From: Malacoraja senta
Taxonomy: Eukaryota
Direction: 5' to 3'
DNA: 64,000 nt
Assembly: GCA_038087875.1 (NCBI GenBank)
Contig: JAXLNO010003717.1
Location: 1 to 64,000, forward strand
The position numbers and the translations under genes were made by a program. This document shows positions 47,255 to 57,400 of this stretch, piece by piece. The notes beneath the pieces were generated by a model. That model was not told where the DNA came from. It did no database searches and worked only from the letters and a program-made list of their open reading frames with translations. The number at the start of each line of letters is the position of its first letter. The stretch's first letter is position 1.

Positions 47255-47877
47255 CTCATATGACAGCCCCGCCATCCCAGGGATCAATCTCGTGAACCTA
47301 CGCTGCACTGCCTCAATCATAGAACCATAGAAAATAGGTGCAGGAGTAGGCCATTCGGCCCTTTGAGCCTGCATCGCCATTCAATGTGATCATCCAACTC
47401 AGTATCCTGTACCTGCCTTCTCTCCATACCCCCTGATCCCTTTAGCCACAAGGGCCACATCTAACCTCCTCTTAAATATAGCCAATGAACTGGCCTCAAC
47501 TACCTTCTGTGGCAGAGAATTCCACAGATTCACCACTCTGTGTGTGAATTTTTTTCTTCTCATCTCGGTCCTAAAAGACTTCCCCCCCCTTATCCTTAAA
47601 CTGTGTGACCCCTAGTTCTGGACTTCCCCAACATCGGGAACAATCTTCCTGCATCTAGCCTGTCCAACCCCTTAAGAATTTTGTACGTTTCTATAAGACC
47701 CCCCCCCCCCCACCCACCCTCAATCTTCTAAATTCTAGCGAGTACAAGCCGAGTCTATCCAGTCTTTCTTCATGTGAAAGTCCTGCCATCCCAGGAATCA
47801 GTCTGGTGAACCTTCTTCTGCACTCCCTCTATGGCTGATCAGCCATGATCATATTGAATGGCGGTGCAGGCTCGAAG
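47255..47877 (-). mobile_element. CR1 3' fragments with a short inverted tail piece at the 5' junction
   Basis: CR1 (-) at 47318-47835, followed by a + oriented CR1 tail fragment GATCAGCCATGATCATATTGAATGGCGG. Confidence 0.8.
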
Positions 47878-47879
47878 TG

Positions 47880-48181
47880 AACCCTCTCTGTGTTGGTCGA
47901 CTGCTTGCATTTGGGCGCCATTTTCAAGCCCGGAGTTCATTTGGTTTTGTGTGTTTGTTGTGGGGTTTTTCTACTACTACTACTACTGCTGCCATGGCCG
48001 CCATTTTGCAGCGACCGCGGCCTTCTTCTTCTCCTCCTCCTCCTTGTTGGTGGTTGTTGTTGTTGTTGTGGCGCCTCCGCGCGGCGGCCCGCCCGCGCTC
48101 CCGTGCTGCCCCGCGCTCGCGCGCCCCTGACGGTTGGCTGGCGGTTTGGGCGCCATTTTCAAGCGCAGGGAGGAGGTGAGT
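47880..48181 (+). promoter_or_regulatory. CpG-rich putative first exon/promoter of an unidentified downstream gene, with YY1 motifs and a splice donor
   Basis: CpG-rich core at 48070-48165; three GCCATTTT motifs; consensus donor GAG|GTGAGT at 48176. Confidence 0.55.
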
Positions 48182-48482
48182 GAGAGGATTTTTCGCCGAA
48201 TATTTTTTAATGATTTTTTTTTTCTTCCCTCCCTTCTACTTCTTCCTCCCGCTCTCTTCCTCTCCTCTTTCGTTTCCCAGCACATTCCACCCCCTTGCTT
48301 TCTTCTTTTAATCCGCTTACTCAGCCCTCTCCGAAAGACTGAACAACGTATAATAATCTTAAAAAAAAAAAAAAAATTTAACCTCCCCTGATTTCTCGTC
48401 TCTTTCTCTCCTATTCTACTATTTGAATTGCATTTTTTTAAAAACAACTATTGCTAATGTCAAACTGTTTGCTTTTGTAATT

Positions 48483-48915
48483 TTTTGTGTACCTTCAATT
48501 TTCCAGCATCTGCAGTTCCTTGTTTAATGCTTTTTTTAATTTGTTTGCTTTTTTTAATATTTGTGTATCTTCGATATTCCAGCATCTGCAGTTCCTTCTT
48601 TAATGCTTTTTTAAATTTGTTTGCTTTTTTTAATTTTTGTGTATCTTCGATATTCCAGCATCTGCAGTTCCTTCTTTAATGCTTTTTAAATTTGTTTGCT
48701 TTTTTTAATTTTTGTGTATCTTCGATATTCCAGCATCTGCAGTTCCTTCTTTAATGCTTTTTAAATTTGTTTCCTTTTTTTAAAATTTTTGTGTATCTTC
48801 TATTTTCCAGAATCTGCAGTTCCTTCTTTAATCCTTTTTTAATTTGTTTGCTTTAAAAAAAAATTTGTGTACCTTCGATTTTCCAGCATCTGCAGTTCCT
48901 TCTTTAATGCTTTTT
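48483..48915 (+). repeat. Tandem array, 6 x ~76 bp, built from the PLE-element tail plus a T-rich spacer
   Basis: CCAG(C/A)ATCTGCAG recurs at ~48503, 48579, 48655, 48730, 48807 and 48883. Confidence 0.9.
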
Positions 48916-49013
48916 CTAATTTAGTGAATAAATGTTTGGGTTACATTTCACATCTAGGGTTGTTGTTTTTTTTGCTAGTATGTGCAGTTATTTGGAATTA
49001 AAACTCTTGCCTT

Positions 49014-49335
49014 TGGTGCATTTTGAGTTTAATCTTTTTTTCCTCAATGAAAACCAGCAATAAGTAGATTTGTGCAGAATACAAGAGTCACTTTACTGCA
49101 ACTGCCCTGAAATTTTGCAAATGGTGCATTTTGATTTGAATCTTTTTCTCAATGAAAACCAGCAATAAGTAGATTTGTGCAGAATACAAGAGTCACTTTA
49201 CTGCAACTGCCCTGAAATTTTGCAAATGGTGCATTTTGATTTGAATCTTTTTCTCAATGAAAACCAGCAATAAGTAGATTTGTGCAGAATACAAGAGTCA
49301 CTTGACTGCAACTGCCCTGAAATTTTGCAAATGCA
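49014..49335 (+). repeat. Tandem triplication, 3 x 105 bp, near identical
   Basis: CAATGAAAACCAGC at 49045, 49150 and 49255. Confidence 0.92.
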
Positions 49336-51345
49336 CCTTCCCCCCCCCCCCCCCCAAAAAAAATAAGAATTGGCACTGTATTACTGACGGCAGGGTTGCG
49401 GGAACAGGGGCAAATTTAAACCAGCTCACTCTTTTTCTCAGCAATCCCTATGCATTAATGTCGCATCTTGATCAGCAGAATGCGCAATTATCAGTCAAGG
49501 ATATTCCAGGAATCCTTTACATTTCATGTTCTGCTTGGGAACGACTTTCGTACTAGCTATTCAAGCATCAACGATCTTTTTTAGCCAGTTCTATTACTTT
49601 TCCAATTAACATTTAGTTTGCTGGTGAAATCCAAGTCATGAAACATTTTTCTTGTGCAAAATGTTTTCTTGTGCAAAATGTCCATGAATGGGTTTTTTTT
49701 TTTTAAAGGTTAAATATTGCAGCAAATTTTGTGCGTTTTTAATTTTGTTCATAAATCTCTTTGATCCCGAATGGAAATGGAGGGAGTACCTTTTTTTGTT
49801 GTTGATTTTGTGCATTGGCACCAAATTTGCTGCAAAACATAAAAGATAATGGAAACAAATGTTTAAACTAAACCTATTTAGTCACAAATGGAATTATGTT
49901 CAGAACGGGTGAACAAAAAGTTGTTTTTAAAGCTGATCGAGTATTTACGCAAATTGAATGATTTTGAAAGTTTATGTAAGTGCATGTACAAATTGTAGCA
50001 CTAACATTTATAACTGGCAATATCCATATCGCAGAATGGTAATCGGAATTGGTGCATTTTATGAAGTTACATTTTATAGGTGTGTAACTTTGAGATCAGC
50101 TGCATTGGTTGTGTTAACGACTTTTGATATGTATAAAAACTCAAGAAATTTGAAAGAATGAACAGCACAACTTTAACCGTGAGGATATATTTTTTAACCA
50201 TAATAAAATAAATATTTTATGTTATGATGTCCAGTTTTTGTCTCTGCCTAATTTAGAGTTCTGTCGCACATTTAACTACAGTTTCTCTGCAGCAATCTAC
50301 ACGATGCAATTGCTTGTGAAGCTAACTGCATATATTCGCGGTTTTTTCCAGCCTTAACCCACTGGTGTTCAATTGTGCGTACGGGTTTATTGCCTCTTAA
50401 TTATTTTATGGGCAATTTAGTTTTCAGGAATGCAGTTAGATGGTGGCTAGGTTATGTTGATTAAAAAAAACGAGACTGCAATTGGAAATTGGATACTGAT
50501 TAATTGGCTTTAGGCTGTGCAAATTGATTGTAAAACACGTTCCCTGATAATTAAATTGTACCCTCAAGCTTGTTCAGCACATCCACGGGTCGTCGAAGAC
50601 ACTAAAAGTCCCATTATGCGATCCTTACAATGACGCCTTTAGGTTGTTTACCGAACAAATAATTTGTATAGATGCATATAATGTAATGATACTGTACAGA
50701 AAGTACTGTTCTTGTTAAGTAATGGTAAATCCTGATAAGAGAAAAATATCAATACCTAAGCCCATATCTACCTGCACCCAATAGTTAATTGGTAGGTAGC
50801 TTAATAGTTAATACAAACTATTGCATAGGCTACCATATTTATAATGTTTTTATTAATCCCCTGGAGACAATTAATTTCAGTTCAATTAACTCCAGATATT
50901 AGAAAATGTATTTTGTTTAACTATTTCATGATGTGATATATAACTTTTCAAAAGTGAGGTTTGGGATAGGAATCCCAAACCATGGGTATACTTGAACTTG
51001 GAGGATGTTGGGCTGAAGTTTAACTTTCCCAAAGCCCCAAAGACAAATAAAAGACTGGAAATTAATTATTACTGACGATGTGTTGATTTTAGATGCAAAA
51101 TTTCAATATTGCAAATTGGAAATTGGAAGATCTTAAATGAGAGTGGATGTGTTCATTTTAGGTTTTGGACAGGAGGGTGGCGATGCATAATTCTAGACCT
51201 GTTGCTACATGGAGGAGCGTGTTACATTTTTAAAAGACAAAATGTGTTTATTTTGATAACATTATTCCAGTGAAATTTGGTTGTTTGGATGCTGAACTAA
51301 GATTAAGTTAACAGTGTAGTGCCCTCCATCATCTGGTCTTTGCAG

Positions 51346-51497
51346 GTACTCAAAAATGCTGGAGAAACTCAGCGGGTGCAGCAGCATCTATGGAGCGAAG
51401 GAAATAGGTAACGTTTCGGGCCGAAACCCTTCTTCAGACCCTTCCAGCATTTTTGTGTACCTTCGATTTTCCAGCATCTGCAGTTCCTTCTTTAACA
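51346..51497. mobile_element. Short PLE-derived element with a 16-bp TSD
   Basis: CATCTGGTCTTTGCAG at 51330-51345 and 51498-51513. Confidence 0.85.
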
Positions 51498-51978
51498 CAT
51501 CTGGTCTTTGCAGTTGGGTGCTTGGAATATGTCTTGATAGGAGGGTAAATTCGTGCAATTTGGGCTTCCTTGGGGTGTAATTGTTCTGTAATTCTATAAA
51601 TCTATGGCTTTTAGGGCTAAAGGAATTAAGGGATATGGGGGGGGGGGGGGGGGGGAAGCAGGAACGGGGTACTGATTTTGGATGATCATATTGAATGCCG
51701 AATGGTCTACTCCTGCACCGATTTTCTATGTTCTATGTTTTCTATAATCACACAGTAGGGGACCTGATGGATACTTGGAAACAGAATGAAGAGCTTTCCT
51801 TTTTAAAGGCTTACAATCGAGACTAGTCACTAGAATATGAAATCTGTAGCAGTATGAAAGTAAATGTTTTTACATTTGCTCTTTACGTTGTTAAGACTTG
51901 TTCTGGTTGCCACACCATAGGAAGCTCATGATTGTACTGGAGAGGTTGTTGTGGAGATTCGCCAGGCTTCCTGTAATG

Positions 51979-53199
51979 TGCCACATCCTGCACCCACACA
52001 CAACTGACTGACTTCATCCGCTTCACCACCAACTTCCATCCGGCACTCAAATACACCTGGACCATTTCCGACACTTCCCTACCATTCCTTGACCTCACTA
52101 TCTCCATCGCAGGTGATAGACTCCTTACCGACATCCACTACAAACCTACCGACTCCCATGGCTATCTGGACTACACTTCTTCCCACCCTGCTTCCTGTAT
52201 GGACTCCATCCCCCACTCCCAATTCCTCCGTCTACACCGCATCTGCTCCCAGGATGAGGCGTTCCACACCAGGGCATCTGAAATGTCCTCATTCTTCAGG
52301 GAACGGGGGTTCCCCTCTTCCACCATAGATGAGGCTCGCACCAGGGTCTCTGCCATACCCCGCAACACTGCTCTCTCTCCCCATCCCCCCCACTCACAAC
52401 AAGGGCAGAGTCCCCCTAGTCCTCACCTTTCACCCCACCAGCCGTCACATACAACAAGTGATCCTCCGTCAGTTTCGCCACCTCCAACGTGACCCCACCA
52501 CTCGCCACATCTTCCCATCTCCCCCCATGTCTGCCTTCCGCAAAGACCGCTCCTTCCGTAACTCCCATGTCAATTCTTCCCTTCCCTCCCATACCACCCC
52601 CTCCCCTGGTACTTTCCCTTGCAACCGCAAGAGATGCAACACTTGTCCCTTCACCTCCCCCCTCCACTCCATTCAAGGACCCAAGCAGTCGTTCCAGGTG
52701 CGACAGAGGTTCACCTGCATCTCCTCCAACCTCATCTATTGCATTCGCTGCTCTAGATGCCAGCTGATCTACATCAGTGAGACCAAGCGGAGGCTTGGCG
52801 ATCATTTCGCCGAACACCTCCGGTCGGTCCGCAATAACCAACCTGAACTCCCAGTGGCTCAGCACTTCAACTCCCCCTCCCATTCCGTATCTGACCTCTC
52901 TGTCCTGGGTCTCCTCCATGGCCACAGCGAGCAACACCGTAAATTGGAGGAAATGCACCTCATATTCCGCTTGGGCAGTCTACATCCTGGGGGTTTGAAC
53001 ATTGAATTCTCCCAATTCTGCTAGCCCTTGCTGTCCCCTCCCCTTCATCAGCCCTCTGGTTGTCTCCTCCCCTCCCCCAGCCCTCGGGCCTCCTCCTCCG
53101 CCTTTTTCCTTTTTTCCTTTCTTCTCCCCACCCCCTATCAGTCTGAAGAAGGGTTTCGGCCCGAAACGTCACCTATTTCCTTTGCTCCATAGATGCTGC
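51979..53199 (+). mobile_element. Penelope-like retroelement (Neptune-type), 5'-truncated: RT C-terminus, Cys-rich linker, GIY-YIG endonuclease, and a 3' UTR with a hammerhead-like motif
   Basis: Translation contains LPFLDL..., YKPTDSHGYLDYTSSHP, IPHSQFLRLHRICS, CNRKRCNTC, NLIYCIRC..C..IYISET.RRL..HFAEH and HPGGLN. There is a frameshift in poly-C at ~52385 and a stop at 53024. The element runs into the assembly gap. Confidence 0.93.
53143..53170 (+). ncRNA. Minimal hammerhead-ribozyme-like motif in the PLE 3' UTR
   Basis: CTGAAGA A GGGT TTCG GCCC GAAAC GTC: core boxes CUGANGA and GAAA, a UUCG-capped stem II, palindromic ACGU stem III and a GUC triplet. Same strand as the PLE ORF. Confidence 0.7.
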
Positions 53200-53399
53200 N
53201 NNNNNNNNNNNNNNNNNNNNNNNNNNNNNNNNNNNNNNNNNNNNNNNNNNNNNNNNNNNNNNNNNNNNNNNNNNNNNNNNNNNNNNNNNNNNNNNNNNNN
53301 NNNNNNNNNNNNNNNNNNNNNNNNNNNNNNNNNNNNNNNNNNNNNNNNNNNNNNNNNNNNNNNNNNNNNNNNNNNNNNNNNNNNNNNNNNNNNNNNNNN
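53200..53399. other. Assembly gap (200 N) at the PLE 3' end
   Basis: Run of N. Confidence 1.
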
Positions 53400-53744
53400 T
53401 CAGCAAAATGTTTTTGCTTGACCAACTAACCTTAAAAACATTTATTATGTGCCGTGCAGTTACATTATGTTCTCAATGTAACAATGTGGGGCTGGATGCT
53501 TGTGCAGTGGTAGAAGTTTGTTGCCTCCAGCACCAGACACCCCAGGTTCAATCATGACTACGGGAGCTGTCTGTACAGAGTTTGACGCCCTCTCTCTGTG
53601 GCCGCGTGGATTTTCTCCGGGCGCTCCGGTTTCCTCCCACATTCCAACGACGTGCGGGTTTGTAGGTTAATTGGCTTCTGTAAATTGTCCCTAGCTTGAG
53701 TAAGATAAAACGAGTGCATGGGTGATTGATGTTCAATGATCATC

Positions 53745-54400
53745 TCGCCGCAGCCAGACTTCTGACGGGTACCCGTAAAAGGGACCGCATCACCCCGATT
53801 CTGGCCTCTCTCCACTGGCTCCCAGTATCGTACCGTACAGAATCAACTTCAAGCTCCTCTTATTCGTATACAAAGCCCCCCCCCCCCCCATATCAAAAAT
53901 CTTCTAACCCACCATTCTACCTCCAGGTTTGTAGTCAATGCCTTCTATGTTCTGTTGTGCTGAAGCAAAGCAAGTATGTCATTGTCCTATCAGGGACACA
54001 TGACAATAAACTCACTTGAACTTGAACTTGGGGTCCCTCAGGTCGGCCGACTTGGGGCTACTGAATATCCCGCGGTCCAGGTTTAAGCTCAGGGGTGACT
54101 TTAGCTGCTTTTGCGGTTGCAGCGCCTAGACTGTGGAACAGCATCCCGCTCCTCATCAGAACTGGCCCCCCCCCCCCACCCCATCGACTACTTTAAGTCG
54201 AGGCTCAAAACCCATTTCTACTCCCGAGCGTTTTTGAGGCCCTCTGAGGGGGCGCTGTAAACAGTTTATGTGTGTATTGTTAGGTCTGTGTACCATTGTA
54301 GGTAGCACGTTAGTGCCTGCACCGACCGATGTGAAGCACTTTGGTCAACGTGAGTTGCTTCTAAATGTGCTATAGAAATAAAATTGACTGACTGAAATTG
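53745..54400 (+). mobile_element. L2 LINE 3' fragment (with internal insertion)
   Basis: AAARLLTGTRKRDRITPILASLHWLPV. Confidence 0.85.
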
Positions 54401-57400
54401 GCTGATGACTGGTGGGCCGTCGGGCCCGACGGCCCACCAATCATCAGTCAATTTCAGTATCTCTAAACTAAACTAACGGTGGGCAGTCGTGGTGAGAGGG
54501 AGAGTCTGGTGGAGGAATTAAACCAACCTCCAGCTGACTGCTTCACTCACATATTGCTGTTCCTTGCCCCAGCCCTCAAAGATGGGGATGCAGACATTTC
54601 AGATGACTGGAGAATAGGAAATGGAATAAAGTCTGACCAGGACTGGGAAGGGAACATTGTTGACCTTATCTCAAGCAGACAAGGGGGGGGGGGGTCGGTG
54701 TGCTTGTGATCTGTGGACTGCACCTTACACAGTTTGACCAGATGGAGTGAATTGGCAATTTACTTACTGTAGGCGGGCAAAACGCCACCGCCAATCTGGG
54801 CGGCACCTTCAAAAACTCGGAGGGAAGTGGGTAGCTTCTTCCCTGCGCGGGCACTGCCAACTAGGAAAACAAATACAAGGGAAAGAGGTTATTAATTAAG
54901 AGTCATGACACCACAGCAATTGCACTGGGAATGGATGCCACATCATTAGCTGGGTAATGTGATGGATACGTCGTGCTTCTTCAAGCCCTCGAGTTCCTAC
55001 AATGTCCTGCTTTGAGCCAAACGACAAATAATTGATCACAATGAACGGCGGTGCTGGCTCGAAGGGCCTCCTCCTGCACCTATTTTCTCTCCACGTTTCT
55101 ATAACCGAAGGTTGACAGGGAAGTGTTCACTCTACACAGAGGACTTGCAGGTGCAAACCTGGCAGGTGTTTTGGAGAATTTACCATGACAGGATGGATGA
55201 ACCTCAGAGATCTCTGCCTCAGAGGGCGGTGGAGGCAGGTTCTCTGGATGCTTTCAAGAGAGAGCTAGATAGGGCTCTTAAAAATAGCGGAGTCAGGGGA
55301 TATGGGGAGAAGGCAGGAACGGGGTACTGATTGGGGATGATCAGCCATGATCACATTAAATGGTGGTGCTGGCTCAAAGGGCCAAACGGCCTACTCCTGC
55401 ACCTATTGTCTTTTGTCTATTGAACCATTTGGTCCTGTCTAGCATATCTGTCTCATGCCCACTTACGGAGATTAAGATACAGTTTTACTACACAAGATGA
55501 CTGGGCTGAATGCCATAATTTCACACATACTGAGTGTTCATCTGGTTACATTGTTAACCCTATGTCATTTATATAGAAACATAGAAAATAGGTGCAGGAG
55601 TAGGCCATTCGGCCCTTTGAGCTAGAACCGCCATTCAATATGATCATGGCTGATCATCCAAAATCAGTACCCCGTTCCTGCTTATTCCCCCCATATCCCT
55701 TGATTCCGTTAGCCCCGAGAACTAAATCTAACTCTCTCTTGAGATCTGGAAATGGGGCCCAACTTGCTGGCTTGCTGCACCTGTCAGCTATTCCACGGCC
55801 ATTTTGTTTGCATTAGTCAATTGAAATGACGAATAAGTAAGTCAATCTGATAGTGGATTAGAAAGTGCATGCAAGCAGAGGCCGACACCACATTTCACCT
55901 CAGTTACATCTTGTGTACACTTGTCTTCACATCCACAAGTTGCATCAATGGACTCAAAAACTGTCCACGCAGCTATCTTGTTCTTAGGGTCACACTGCAT
56001 TGGAACAGGCCGTTCCTGCCCAACTTGCCAAAAGAGGGTGTCGGGGGTTATGGGGAGCAGGCAGGAGAATGGGGTTAGGAGGGAGAGATAGATCAGCCAT
56101 GTTTGAATGGCGGAGTAGACTTGATGGGCCGAATGGTCTCATGTCATGTTCCTCTTACTTATGACCTTATGCCCCGTCTCCACTAGTCCCGCCAACCCGC
56201 ATTTGACCCTTGTCCTTCTAAACCTTTCCTGTTTAAGAAAGAACTGCAGATGCTGGAAAAATCAACGGTAGACAAAAATGCTGGAGAAACTCAGCGGGTT
56301 AGGCAGCATCTATGGAGCAAAGGAATAGGCGACGTTTCGGGTCGAGACCCTTTGGGTCTCGACCCGAAACGTCACCTATTCCTTCATCAGACTGAAGAAG
56401 GGTCTCAACCCAAAACGTCACCTATTCCTTCGCTCCATAGATGCTGCCTCACCCGCTGAGTTTCTCCAGCATTTTTGTCTATCCATGAACCTGTACAGTG
56501 AGATATTTAGTAACAGAACACCATCAGCAAAGGATCTTTAGACTATGTTGAGGATCAAACAGTTGAATTTAATGGGATTTAAATAAGAATTGTAACCACA
56601 CTGACCCGAAATGTCACCCATTTCCTTTTCTCCAGAGATGCCGCCTGAGCCGCTGAGATACTGTAGCTTTTTGTGTCTAACTCCTGCCTGATGTATGACA
56701 CTAACTGTTCCAAACCTGTATCGCCAGTTATCTTGGCAGCCACTGGGCATGGAATTCTCCCAGTATTGAAGAAGGAACTGCAGATGCTGGAAAATCAAAG
56801 GTAGACAAAAGTGCTGGAGAAACTCAGCGGGTGCGGCAGCATCTATGGAGCGAAGGAGCAAGGAAATGGGCAACGTTTCGGGCCGAAACCCTTCTTCAGA
56901 CTGGAATTGTCCCAGTAACTGGCGGGAGGACAATATTGCTTTTACTCTTGCAGGGGGAGTTTACCAAACACCACACACAATAAAGATGGGATTACATCCG
57001 CGATAGGTTGCAAGACTCACGTACATACCTAGCAACGTTCAGGGCTGGCAAGTCACTGATTTCACCGCACACAATGGTAAAGCAGTTGGGATGTTTGGCA
57101 GAATCCACTGACGGGGGCTCAACTAAGTCAACAAACTACTTGCGTTCATGACGTTACTTTGCATGCTACTTTAAAGCACACGGCAATCTTCGTGTTTCTT
57201 CCAGAAGTGACGGAATTGTTGAGTTACTAATTTAATGTTAGAATCTGACCAAAGATTTTTTCACTCATGTCACCGTTTTTTTTTGTATGTCAGCAATGCA
57301 TAGACTGCGTGCCCTGCCCTGACGCAAAGAGGTATCATAAGGAATAGGAGCGGAATTAGGCCATTCGGCCCATCAAGTCTACTCCGCCATTCAATCATGG

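Noticed and set aside
48483-49335. Regularly spaced repeats superficially like a CRISPR array
   Set aside because: The spacers are near-identical rather than unique, the context is vertebrate, and there are no cas genes.
50200-51300. AT-rich unique stretch scanned for C/D snoRNAs and coding exons
   Set aside because: No canonical RUGAUGA...CUGA pair with a terminal stem, and no recognisable exon.
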